A stretch of DNA of 64,000 nt, taken from Candidatus Dormibacteria bacterium. GTDB lineage: Bacteria; Chloroflexota; Dormibacteria; Aeolococcales; Bog-877. Numbering within the stretch: position 1 is the stretch's first letter; each line of letters begins with the position of its first letter. Below are positions 27,801-37,178 of this stretch, one piece after another. The stretch lies in the NCBI GenBank assembly GCA_046703825.1, contig JBJKSO010000075.1, positions 19,760-83,759 on the forward strand, given 5' to 3'. A program made the translations under genes and the position numbers. The notes beneath the pieces are model-generated. The model had not been told where the DNA came from. It did not search any database and worked only from the letters and a program-made list of their open reading frames with translations.

Positions 27801-28417
27801 GCTCCGCCACTCTCCCCGACCTGCACTTCGACGCTCAGGGACTGATACCGGCCGTGGTTCAGGAGGTCACCACCGGCACCGTGCTCATGGTGGCCTACAT
27901 GAATCGGGACGCCCTCGAGCTGACCGTGAGCACTGGCGAAGTACACTTCTGGAGCCGCCAACGCCGAAAAATCTGGCACAAGGGCGAGACCTCTGGGGCC
28001 ACTCTGCTGGTGCGGGAGCTGCAGGCGGACTGCGACTCAGATGTGCTGCTGGTGGGAGTGATTGCCACCGGTCCGGCCTGCCATCTCGGCCACCCCTCAT
28101 GCTTCCGGGATCCCGTGACCACCCTTGGCCGCCTTGACGCAGTGTTAGCCGACCGTCGGCTGCTCCGCCCACCTGCGTCGCACACCACCGAACTTCTGAA
28201 CGGCGGCCCGCCATTGGCGGCTCGCAAGGTTGGGGAGGAGGCGGCCGAGACCCTGGTGGCGGCGCTGTCAGAGTCCCCGGAGCGGCTCCAGGCTGAAGTG
28301 GCAGACCTTTGGTACCACGCGGCGGTTCTCCTGCTCAGCCGGGGGCTGCAGCTGCACGATCTTCTGGCGGAACTCGACCGCAGACTCCCCCCGGCTGGGG
28401 TGGTCAGCCCCACCTGA
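27797..28417 (+). CDS. hisIE: bifunctional phosphoribosyl-AMP cyclohydrolase / phosphoribosyl-ATP pyrophosphatase
   Basis: 206 aa; HisI part (LIPAVVQEV..GTVLMVAYMNRDALELT..HFWSRQRRKIWHKGETSG..DCDSD..C..GHPSCF) then HisE part (LAARKVGEEAAETLVAAL..EVADLWYHAAVLL); ATGA-type overlap with hisF. Confidence 0.9.
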   Translation: MSSATLPDLHFDAQGLIPAVVQEVTTGTVLMVAYMNRDALELTVSTGEVHFWSRQRRKIWHKGETSGATLLVRELQADCDSDVLLVGVIATGPACHLGHPSCFRDPVTTLGRLDAVLADRRLLRPPASHTTELLNGGPPLAARKVGEEAAETLVAALSESPERLQAEVADLWYHAAVLLLSRGLQLHDLLAELDRRLPPAGVVSPT

Positions 28418-28499
28418 TCGTCGCCAATGGGACGAGCAGGGCAAGTAGCGCCGCGGCGGCCCGGGCAGCGATCTCCGTCCAACCACCGTTCAACGCGCA

Positions 28500-28522
28500 C
28501 CGCGGCCGCGGCCGGCCTCTTT
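28500..28522 (+). terminator. weak GC-rich hairpin plus TCTTT about 80 nt after hisIE (tentative his-operon terminator)
   Basis: CCGCGGCCGCGGCCGGCC palindromic GC block followed by TCTTT; stem geometry ambiguous. Confidence 0.2.
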
Positions 28523-28936
28523 AACGGTAGCTGGAGCAGGGTGATTTGGGTCTCGCCGAGGCCTCTTCAAGATGTTGGTCTGACTGACTGGCCCAGCGCG
28601 GTGGTGGTGCTCACCGCCCCTTGCTGAGTGGACGGTCAGGTCCGAGAATCGCATGGGAGTGGTTACGTCGGGTCTCTGGGCCGGTGCCTGCCGCTGAGCT
28701 CGTGCTTCGTCGTGATGCAGATCGGGTTGCTCAGACCGAGGGCCAGCAGCGTCTCACATTGAACGTAGAGCGTCGCTGCCGCGTACCCAGGGGGGCCGGG
28801 TGGTCTTGGCGGGTCCTGACCTCCCCTGAGGCTATCCGGTCCCACTCACCCAAGAACACGCACCGCCGGGTGCCGATCCTGAGCTCGCCGACCGAACTCC
28901 CCGCGCGCAGCCTTCGGCCGGCGCACAGCCCGACTC

Positions 28937-29608
28937 TTAGGACAGGTCTTTGTCCTCCATTTCCCAAGCGTGGTCCATGGTGTGGTAGGCGGTGTGCCGA
29001 ATCAGGTAGCGGAGCGGCCAGGTTCGAGCAATGCGATCGTCGTTGTTGAAAGTCCGAATAGCGGCGCAGTAGGCCTCGTGATAGGCGGCGAGGACGCCAT
29101 CATCCGGAAGGGGGGCGTCCGCACCAGAGGCTGGCACGCCTACCTTCTTCCCCCAGTCCTGCTCGACACGGAGAACATGGCCCACGATTTCGTCGCGACT
29201 GCGGCCGCCCCCTCTCGGCCCCTTGCGCAGGTCGGCCGAAACACGATTGCGGACATCATCGAAGAAGGTCCAGCAGCCGCGCATGAGAATGAGCAGCCGC
29301 TCCATCTCATCGCCAGACATGCGTTGCCGGTCCAGGCTGCAAAAGGCGAACGAGATCCCCCAGAAGTCGGTGGATCCAACCCCTGCGTAGCGCTCGGTCA
29401 CGTCGAGTCCTTGCGCGGAGGCGAACTCGCCAGCGAGTCCAGCCAACGCCGCGACCTTGGCGTAGCGGCGACGGTACGACTCCAGCGCCTCCAGGGCTGC
29501 CTCGGCGGTTCTGCCGCCGCGCTCCAGGCCGGGCCAGTCGAGCGCCACCGCGACGACGCGCCTCTGCTTGGGCCCGACTTCGAGGACAACTCGCAGACCG
29601 TTGGGCAT
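28937..29608 (-). CDS. DinB/YfiT-like metal-dependent helical-bundle protein with a small N-terminal alpha/beta domain (tentative)
   Basis: 223 aa; C-terminal His-rich region (GHVLRVEQDW..LIRHTAYHTMDHAWEMED) resembles DinB-family H..H..H metal sites; N-terminal 60 aa weakly HicB/UPF0150-like. Confidence 0.4.
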   Translation of the reverse strand: MPNGLRVVLEVGPKQRRVVAVALDWPGLERGGRTAEAALEALESYRRRYAKVAALAGLAGEFASAQGLDVTERYAGVGSTDFWGISFAFCSLDRQRMSGDEMERLLILMRGCWTFFDDVRNRVSADLRKGPRGGGRSRDEIVGHVLRVEQDWGKKVGVPASGADAPLPDDGVLAAYHEAYCAAIRTFNNDDRIARTWPLRYLIRHTAYHTMDHAWEMEDKDLS

Positions 29609-29631
29609 CTCTGCTCCGGTTCCAGGTAGCG

Positions 29632-30657
29632 CTATTGGGTGGCCGATCCCGCCTTTGGAAGCCTAGCTGGTGCCGACCTGGTGCCCGCGAGCCGGCCGCC
29701 CCACCGCAGGACTCGCATGGCGCGGAAGGTGTTCCAGCGGCTCGGCCTTCCTTCGCCCTCGTCCATAGCGAAGTGAAGCCGCCCCGGATGAGGGTTCTCC
29801 AGGTCCCACCGGCCATCTGGGCCACGCTTCGACTCGACCAGGTCTAGCGCCCCCGCCAGCCGGTGGTCGGGGCGGACCTTCGCCGCCCGCAGGTAGTCCA
29901 GCCCGCGCAGCACGTCGTAGTGCCAGAAGGTCGGAAATGAGAACTTGGTCCACTCCTGGTCGATCAGCTCACCGGTCGACTGCCGGCGGAGCATTTTCCG
30001 CGCGAGCAGGTACTCCTCCCCGCGCTCGCGAGCAGTCGTCACGCTGCGCGAGCCACCGGTCGCCCGCTCGTAGTCCAGCAGGCCGGTCAGGACTTCGATG
30101 GTGGTGTGAAAAGAGCCACGGACAGAGCCGTTCTCCTGTTCGCAGTTCCAGCCGCCGTCGGTCATCTGCTCGTCCAGCAGCCGCTCGACTACCGGTCCCA
30201 CCTCCTGGCCGAAGTAGGCACCGAGCGACACCGTCCGGCCGTTGATGCAGGGCTCCACCTCCCCGGAGAAGAAGGGTTCGCCGTCGTGCTCCCAACGACA
30301 CTTTTCCCGCACCAGCTGGACCGCGCGCCTCGCGGGAGCGCTCTCGGCATCCAGCCCGAAGTCACGCAGGAGCGTCAGGCTCCAGGCGGTGGAGGTCCAC
30401 TGGGGGAACAGCGTGCCCCTGCGCTCCGGGGGTAGTGACGACCACCAGTCCGCCGCCTCGGGGGAGGGGAACTCGGGCGCCTCGCCCTCCCACTGACCGT
30501 CGGGGCGCTGCAGAGCAAGCAGGCGCGCGCCCCAGCCCGAGCTGGCCACGCACGCGCGCTCCCGGGCCGCCTCCCGATCGGATGCGTCCAGCAGATCGCG
30601 CATCACCTGCCAGCGGATCGCCGGGTCGGATTCCAAGAGCCAGCCGACCACGTCCAT
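29632..30657 (-). CDS. QW-repeat alpha/alpha-toroid protein (prenyltransferase / squalene-cyclase-repeat-like)
   Basis: 341 aa with four QxxDGxW-type repeats (QRPDGQW, QMTDGGW, KRGPDGRW, plus a degenerate one). Confidence 0.5.
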   Translation of the reverse strand: MDVVGWLLESDPAIRWQVMRDLLDASDREAARERACVASSGWGARLLALQRPDGQWEGEAPEFPSPEAADWWSSLPPERRGTLFPQWTSTAWSLTLLRDFGLDAESAPARRAVQLVREKCRWEHDGEPFFSGEVEPCINGRTVSLGAYFGQEVGPVVERLLDEQMTDGGWNCEQENGSVRGSFHTTIEVLTGLLDYERATGGSRSVTTARERGEEYLLARKMLRRQSTGELIDQEWTKFSFPTFWHYDVLRGLDYLRAAKVRPDHRLAGALDLVESKRGPDGRWDLENPHPGRLHFAMDEGEGRPSRWNTFRAMRVLRWGGRLAGTRSAPARLPKAGSATQ

Positions 30658-30850
30658 GCTGGTCCTCCGATGCGCTGGGCGACGGTGATTGTGGCACCTT
30701 GAGGTGGCAGACGGGCGTCGGCTTTGCCGTTGGCCTAGGGTCGCGCCGGCTGGTAGGCCCAGAGGGCGGGCTGCCGGGTCGCTTAGGTGGAGTCAATCGC
30801 GCGCCGAGCCACGGCGTCGATGTCGCGTAGGTGATGCTCACCCTCGTGCA

Positions 30851-31705
30851 TCACCTGCCGTACCAGCCACCGCGCGCTGCGGTGCTCCCCGGGCATGCGG
30901 CGGCCGGTGCGCTTCCAGCCGGATTGGGGGGGACTGCCGATGCCTCGGCGCAGAACCCCTCTGCCGCGAAGGGGAGCTGGGCCAGGAGCTCGGCGGGCGA
31001 GCGTCGGTTGTAGCCGAAGCGCTCCACTCGCAGGTCGTTGAACACCGGTTCCAGCAGAGGTGTCTGCTCATGCTGGATTCGGTGAAGACGAATCGTGCAG
31101 GCGCGGTAGACATCATCCATGTGACCCAGATACTCCAGCACCGACCACACTTCTGGCGCCGGACGGATGCGCAGCGCCGCCTCGGGCACCGATCCAATCG
31201 CACGCCGGAAGCGAGCGGGATGGGTCCGGATCGCTGCCAGAGCTTGCTGCTCGCTGTGCTCGGCGTACCGGAAATCACAGAAGGTGCAGACGTGGTCCTC
31301 GGTGGGCCAGGGAGGTACGCCTGGAGTGCTGACTCCGAGTGGTTCGCGGCGCTGGGTCAGCTCGTAGACGTTTCCGTCGGGGGCGCGGAAGTGGGCCCAC
31401 GCGGTTCCCGAAGGTTGATCTAAGGTCGGCTGGCTGAGCGGCTCCGCGCCCCAGCCGGCCAAGCGTCCAAAGACTTCTGCGAGATCATCCACCAAGAAGC
31501 CCACCACCGGACCGGTCGCGAAATGCTGGTGGCGGGGGTCGTCGGCACCAAAGAGCTCGACGCCGCTGCCGTCGGGCAGCTGGAAGACAACGAAGTCAGG
31601 ACGATCCAGTACCGGCTCTGCTCCGAAGAGTCGCCGGCAGAAGTCTCGCATCGCGACCAAGCTTTCGGTTCGGATCCCGACCCAGCCCAGCCCTCGCGCC
31701 TTCAT
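30851..31705 (-). CDS. VOC (glyoxalase/bleomycin-resistance fold) domain fused to a DinB_2-like C-terminal domain
   Basis: N-terminal about 125 aa beta-alpha-beta-beta-beta VOC pattern (VGIRTESLVAMRDFCRRLFGAEP...VELF...PDGNVYEL); C-terminal about 150 aa with CxxC and His-rich helices (HVCTFC..EYLGHMDDVYRAC). Confidence 0.55.
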   Translation of the reverse strand: MKARGLGWVGIRTESLVAMRDFCRRLFGAEPVLDRPDFVVFQLPDGSGVELFGADDPRHQHFATGPVVGFLVDDLAEVFGRLAGWGAEPLSQPTLDQPSGTAWAHFRAPDGNVYELTQRREPLGVSTPGVPPWPTEDHVCTFCDFRYAEHSEQQALAAIRTHPARFRRAIGSVPEAALRIRPAPEVWSVLEYLGHMDDVYRACTIRLHRIQHEQTPLLEPVFNDLRVERFGYNRRSPAELLAQLPFAAEGFCAEASAVPPNPAGSAPAAACPGSTAARGGWYGR

Positions 31706-32136
31706 CGTCGTCCCTCATCTGCACCCGCCACCGCTCCTCCGGAACCGCTCGTTCGACAAGCATCCCATCGCGTCTCCTCCACAGCCACCTACGCGGCGGT
31801 CTAGCAGAACGGTTAGAGGCCGCGACCGATGGCGCAGCGCGGCCAGTCCCCTGGTCCCGGGCGCCTGGAGAGCCGATCCGTAGCTCTGCCGTCGTCGAGC
31901 CGCCGACTGCTTGGTGCGCATGACCAACCCCCCCATGTGCGGCAGCGATCGGCCCATCACGAGGGAAAGACGGCCGTCCATCAGTGACTCATCTTCTGGC
32001 GCGATCCGAGGGCGGTTGCTGAAGCCACCGGCCGCAAGGTGCGCTCGCTAAGCGAGGTCGACCGGGAACTGATGCCCTTCAACCTCGCAAGCCGAAGGGG
32101 GATCTCCTCCCACCGAGGACTGGCGCGGCGTGAGGG

Positions 32137-33150
32137 CTAGAGGAAGAGTTCCGCCGCCAGCCGCAGTCGCGGGACCGGGCCCGCCACCAGCAAGAGGTCG
32201 GGCAAGCCCTGCTTCCACGCCTCGGCCCGCTCGCGCAAGCGCCCCAGCGGGCCGACCAGGGCCACCTCGTCCACCAGCGCCAGGGGTACGGCCGCCGCAG
32301 CCGCCTGACGTTCACCCGCCAGATAGAGATCCTGGATGGCTCTGGCCTCCGTCTCGAAGCCGAGCCGGCAGAACAGATTGAAGTGGAAGTTGGACTGGCG
32401 GCTGCCCATTCCCCCGATGTACAGGGCCAAGGTCGGCCGCAGCCGGTCGGCCGCCCGCTCCAGATCGTCGTCCATGACAATCGGCAGACTGGCGGAGACC
32501 TCGAAGCCGGCGCGATCGCGGCCTCGCCGGGATAGGCCGGCGGCCAGCGCCTGCTGCTGCCAGCCCGAGCGCGCGGGGGCGTGAAAGCCAGCGTGCCAAC
32601 CGTCGGCGAGCTCTCCCGCCAGGGCGATGTTGCGAGGACCCTCGGCCGCCAGCCAGATGGGGAGGTCGTGGCGGAGCGGGTCGACGGTCAGGCGCAGGGC
32701 TCTCCCCCGACCGCCGGGGCGGGGCAAGTTCAGGTGGCGGCCCTGAAATGTCAGCGGAGCCTCGCGGCGAAGCGCCTGCCGAACCACCGCCACGTACTCA
32801 CGCGTGAACGAAACTGGCGGGGAAAACTCCGATCCGTACCAACCCTCGACCACCTGCGGGCCGGAGACCCCCAGGCCCAGAACGAAGCGCCCTCCGCAGA
32901 GGTGATCAAGCGTAGCTGCCGCCATCGCCATCGCCGTCGGGGGTCGAGCGTGCATCTGCGCCGCCGCCGTGCCCAACCTCAGGATGGAGGTGCGGCTGCC
33001 CCACCAGGCGAGCGGTGTCAGCGCGTCCGACCCGTAGGCCTCAGCGGTCCAAAGCGAGTCGTAGCCGAGCGCTTCGGCCTCGGCCACCAGCGGCGCGAGG
33101 TCGCCGGGCGGCAGCCGACCCCAGTAGTCGAGGCTCAGGCCTAGGCGCAC
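32137..33150 (-). CDS. LLM-class flavin/F420-dependent oxidoreductase
   Basis: VRLGLSLDYW..GYDSLWTAEAY..RFVLGLGVSGP..PIWLAAEGPRNIALAGELADGWH luciferase-like barrel motifs. GTG 33150 chosen because the ORF's upstream extension would overlap the pepN start. Confidence 0.75.
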   Translation of the reverse strand: MRLGLSLDYWGRLPPGDLAPLVAEAEALGYDSLWTAEAYGSDALTPLAWWGSRTSILRLGTAAAQMHARPPTAMAMAAATLDHLCGGRFVLGLGVSGPQVVEGWYGSEFSPPVSFTREYVAVVRQALRREAPLTFQGRHLNLPRPGGRGRALRLTVDPLRHDLPIWLAAEGPRNIALAGELADGWHAGFHAPARSGWQQQALAAGLSRRGRDRAGFEVSASLPIVMDDDLERAADRLRPTLALYIGGMGSRQSNFHFNLFCRLGFETEARAIQDLYLAGERQAAAAAVPLALVDEVALVGPLGRLRERAEAWKQGLPDLLLVAGPVPRLRLAAELFL

Positions 33151-33224
33151 CTGCTCGGGCACGTGCCAAGGGTATGGCCGGCCGCCTCGATCGTGGGTCG
33201 GCAGCGGCCAATTAAGCTTGGCCA

Positions 33225-35786
33225 ATGCCCCCAGATCGGACAATGACGCGCGCACTCGCGGCTGAGCGCGCGTCCCTGGTCGGCCAGTGCTCGTATCAGC
33301 TGTCCTTGGATCTCGCTCAGGGCCGCGAGCGATTTGGCTTCGACGTGACGGTTGACTTTCGCAGCGCCCGCCCCGGCTCCTCCACCTTCATCGACGCCAG
33401 GGTGGCCTCGGTTGGACGCGCGGAGCTGAATGGCGAGGAGTTGCCCGGGGATGCCTTCGACGGCAACACCCTGCGGCTTCCCAGGCTCGGCTCCACCAAC
33501 CACCTCACCGTCTCGGGCACCGCCAGCTACGACCGCGTCGGCTTGGGCATGCACCTGAGCGTGGATCCCGCCGACGGCGAGGCATACGTCTACAGCGACC
33601 TCGAGCCGGACGAAGCCCACCGGGTCTTCCCCTGCTTCGACCAACCGGACATCAAGGGGAGGTTCGCCATCTCGGTCCGGGCGCCCCAGCACTGGACCGT
33701 GATCGCGGTCGAGCCGGGGGAGGCCTCAGCGCCGCTGCCGGATGGCAGCCGCATCTGGACCTTTCCCCCGACCATCCCTCTCTCCCCGTACATGCTCGGC
33801 ATCGTCGGCGGTCCACTTCACAGCGTCCACGCCGAGCACCGCGGAATCCCCCTGGGGCTCCACTGCGCTCGGTCGCTGCGTGAGGCCATGGACACGGACG
33901 ATCTCTTCGAGGTCACCCGCCAAGGCCTCGATTACTTCGAAGAAGTGTTCGGGGTTCCCTATCCGTTCTCCAAGTACGACCAGGTCTTCTGCGCCGAAAA
34001 GCCCGACGGGGCAATGGAGTCACCCGCCTGCGTGACCATCACCGACCAGTACCTCTTTCGCGGCCGGCCCACCCAGAGCCAGATCACCGTGCGCACCAAC
34101 ACCATCCTGCACGAGATGGCCCACATGTGGTTCGGCGACCTGGTAACGCTGCGCTGGTGGGACGATCTTTGGCTGAACGAGTCCTTCGCCAGTGTCATGG
34201 CCAATTTCGCGGTCAATCGGGCAACCAAGTACCGCGACGCACCCTACACCGCCACGTTCGAGGCCCAGCGCGCCCGTCGGGAGGATCAGCGCAGCACCAC
34301 TCACCCCATCGTGGTTGAGGTGCCGGACGTGCAGTCCGCTCGCCTCAACTTTGACCGGATCACCTACGAGAAGGGGGCCGCCGTGCTCCAGCAGCTGGCC
34401 GCCTACCTGGGTGAGGACGCCTTCTTCGCCGGTGTGAAGCGCCATCTGGAGACGCATCGCGAGGGCAATGCCGAGCTCAAGGACCTGATCGGCGCCCTGA
34501 ACCAAGAGTCCGCACGAGACGTGCCCAGCTGGTCGCGACTGTGGCTCCAGACCTCGGGGGTGAACTCGCTCCGCCTGGAGCGCGGCCAGCCGGGGGCGAA
34601 TCGGAGAGCGGCGGTGACCATCGTCCAGTCCGGCGAGACTCGGGCGGGGGCCGGGCAGCCCAACCCGCTGCGTCCCCACCAGATCCTCCTCGGTGTGTAC
34701 GGTTGGTCGGGAAAGGCGCTGCGCCCTCTGGCCAAGGTGCCGGTGACCGTGGAAGGCGAGCGCACCGAAGTTCCGCTGGAGGCGGGGCTCGAAGCCGGCC
34801 CGCTCCTCGTGGTCAACGACGGCGCCCTCACCTACGCCAAGGTGCGCCTGGACCCCGAGTCGGAGGCGACCATGCGGTCCCACCTCGCCCAGATCGACGA
34901 CGAGATGGCGCGGGCTGTGCTCTGGGACTGCGCCTGGGACATGGTCCTGGACGCTGAGTCCCCCGCCGCCGACTTCTTGAAACTGGTGCGGCAGCATTCC
35001 CCCGCCGAGGACGACGCGGTGCTCCTTCAGCACCTGTGGAACTGCGCCCGCGGCGCGACCCGCCGCTACGGAGATCCCGAGCTGGCGAAGGCGCGAGAGA
35101 GTGACCTGGCAGCCAGCGTCGAGCAGCTACTTGACGCGAGTGAACCAGGCAGCGCGCGGCAGAACAGCTGGCTGCGCTGCTTCATCACGCTGGCGACCAC
35201 CGAAGCGCAGTTGCAGCGCTGCCTTCGTTTGCTCAAGGGCCGAGAGTCCCCCGCCGGCTTCGAGCTCGACCTGGAGCTGCGCTGGGCCCTCGTGCGTAGC
35301 CTGGCTGCCCGGGGGGTCATCGGTGAGGACGAGATCGAGCACACCCGGCAGCTCGACCGCAGCACCGGCGGGGAGACCTGGGCGGCAGCGGCGCGGGCGG
35401 CGCTCCCCGACCCGGACAGCAAGCGTTGGGGCTGGGAGGCGCTCTTCCAGGACCCCTCCACCAACAGCGAAGCGGCCCGCCTACTGGCTGTGAGCCTGGC
35501 AGGGGTGCATCGCGACGAACTGATACGCCCCTACTACCCGCGACTCGGTCCGGACGCCAGCTCGACACTCGAGCGGCGGGGCGCCGAGTACACCTTCGAG
35601 ATGCTCTACTGGCTCGGGCTCTCCCTACCCCCCGATCCGGAACTTGAACGAGCCCTGCAGGTGGAGCTGGCCGGAGCTGAGCTGGATTCGGGTCTTAGAC
35701 GCCTGCTCACCGACATCCTGGAGGATACCCAGCGCGCGCTCCGGGCCCGCCAGCTGGACCGCCAGGCCCGCCCGCGCTTGGCCTGA
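33225..35786 (+). CDS. pepN: aminopeptidase N (M1 family)
   Basis: 853 aa; GAMEN-like region, HEMAHMWFGDLVT (HEXXH) and WLNESFA (downstream Glu) zinc motifs. Confidence 0.9.
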   Translation: MPPDRTMTRALAAERASLVGQCSYQLSLDLAQGRERFGFDVTVDFRSARPGSSTFIDARVASVGRAELNGEELPGDAFDGNTLRLPRLGSTNHLTVSGTASYDRVGLGMHLSVDPADGEAYVYSDLEPDEAHRVFPCFDQPDIKGRFAISVRAPQHWTVIAVEPGEASAPLPDGSRIWTFPPTIPLSPYMLGIVGGPLHSVHAEHRGIPLGLHCARSLREAMDTDDLFEVTRQGLDYFEEVFGVPYPFSKYDQVFCAEKPDGAMESPACVTITDQYLFRGRPTQSQITVRTNTILHEMAHMWFGDLVTLRWWDDLWLNESFASVMANFAVNRATKYRDAPYTATFEAQRARREDQRSTTHPIVVEVPDVQSARLNFDRITYEKGAAVLQQLAAYLGEDAFFAGVKRHLETHREGNAELKDLIGALNQESARDVPSWSRLWLQTSGVNSLRLERGQPGANRRAAVTIVQSGETRAGAGQPNPLRPHQILLGVYGWSGKALRPLAKVPVTVEGERTEVPLEAGLEAGPLLVVNDGALTYAKVRLDPESEATMRSHLAQIDDEMARAVLWDCAWDMVLDAESPAADFLKLVRQHSPAEDDAVLLQHLWNCARGATRRYGDPELAKARESDLAASVEQLLDASEPGSARQNSWLRCFITLATTEAQLQRCLRLLKGRESPAGFELDLELRWALVRSLAARGVIGEDEIEHTRQLDRSTGGETWAAAARAALPDPDSKRWGWEALFQDPSTNSEAARLLAVSLAGVHRDELIRPYYPRLGPDASSTLERRGAEYTFEMLYWLGLSLPPDPELERALQVELAGAELDSGLRRLLTDILEDTQRALRARQLDRQARPRLA

Positions 35787-35789
35787 GCT

Positions 35790-37178
35790 TCAGCCCCGGT
35801 AGTAGCCGTCGGCCACGCTGAGCGCCTGATCGAGCGCCTCGAGGGCGAAGCGCAGCTCGTCCTCCTGGACCACCAGCGGCGGCGCCACGTGGATGCGGTT
35901 GAAGTGGGTGAATGGCCACACCCCCCGCTCCCGCAGGGCTGCAGCCACCTTGGCCATGGGGGCGTTGGCTTCCCCCGAGGCGTTGAAGGGCACCAGCATC
36001 TCCTTGCTGGTCCGGTCCCGGACCAGCTCCACCGCCCAGAAGAGCCCGCGGCCGCGAACCTCTCCCACGCTGGGGTGGCGGGCGGCGAGCTCGCTCAGAG
36101 AGGGTCCCAGTACCCGGGAGCCCAGATCACGCACCCGCTCCAGGATTCGCTCCTGCTCGAAGACCTCGAAGGTGGCCAGGCCGGAGGCGCAGGCCAGCGG
36201 GTGGCCGGAGTAGGTGAGCCCACCGGGGTACGGCCGCTCGGAGAAACTCTCTGCGATCGCTTTCGAGATCAGTACCCCGCCAAGCGGCACGTAGCCGGAG
36301 TTGATCCCCTTGGCAAAGGTGATCAGATCGGGCGCCACCCCCCAGGCGTCGACGGCGAACCACTCTCCGATCCGGCCAAAGCCGACCATCACCTCGTCGC
36401 AGATCAGCATGATCCCGTGGCGGTCGCAGAGCTCCCGCACCCCGGCCAGGTAGCCGTCCGGAGGCACCAGCACTCCATTGGTACCCACCACCGTCTCCAG
36501 CAGCACCGCCGCCACCGACTGCGGTCCCTCGAACTCGATCACCTGGGCCAGGTGGGCCAGCGAGCGCTCGCACTCCTGAGCCGGATCGGCGGCGCCGAAG
36601 GAGGACCGGTAAGGGTAGGGACCGATGAAGCGGACCACCCCCGGAATCCCCGGCTCGCTCCCCCAGCGCCGCGGCTCGCCGGTGGCGGTGATCGAGCCCC
36701 CGGTGGCGCCGTGGTAGGAGCGGTAGGCGCTGAGAATTTTGCTGCGACCGGTGTGCAGCCGAGCCATCCGCATGGCATGCTCGTTGGCCTCGGTGCCGCC
36801 GCTGGTGAAGAACACCATGCTCAGCTCACCGGGTGCCCGCTCGACGATCCGGCGCGCCAGCTCTGCGCGGACGTCGTTGGCGAACGACGGGGCGATGGTG
36901 CAGAGCCGGTCCGCCTGCTCCTTGATCGCCGCCACCAGTGCCGGGTGCTGGTGCCCGAGGTTGGCGTTGATCAGCTGCGAGCCCAAGTCCAGGTAGCGGT
37001 GCCCCTGGTAGTCCCAGAACCAGCAGCCCTGGGCTCCCGCCACCGCCAGCGGGGTGATCCGCTTCTGAGCCGACCAAGAGTGGAAGACGTAGCGCCGGTC
37101 CAGCTCGTAGACCTGCTGGCCTCGAGTCTCCCCTTCGCCCGCCGTCAGCGCCGGCTCAGCGGTTGCGCGGGAAGCCAA
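35790..37178 (-). CDS. class-III (omega) aminotransferase, beta-alanine/pyruvate-transaminase-like
   Basis: 462 aa; FFTSGGTEANEHAMRMAR, ICDEVMVGFGRIG, FAKGINSG (PLP-Lys) motifs. Confidence 0.85.
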   Translation of the reverse strand: MASRATAEPALTAGEGETRGQQVYELDRRYVFHSWSAQKRITPLAVAGAQGCWFWDYQGHRYLDLGSQLINANLGHQHPALVAAIKEQADRLCTIAPSFANDVRAELARRIVERAPGELSMVFFTSGGTEANEHAMRMARLHTGRSKILSAYRSYHGATGGSITATGEPRRWGSEPGIPGVVRFIGPYPYRSSFGAADPAQECERSLAHLAQVIEFEGPQSVAAVLLETVVGTNGVLVPPDGYLAGVRELCDRHGIMLICDEVMVGFGRIGEWFAVDAWGVAPDLITFAKGINSGYVPLGGVLISKAIAESFSERPYPGGLTYSGHPLACASGLATFEVFEQERILERVRDLGSRVLGPSLSELAARHPSVGEVRGRGLFWAVELVRDRTSKEMLVPFNASGEANAPMAKVAAALRERGVWPFTHFNRIHVAPPLVVQEDELRFALEALDQALSVADGYYRG

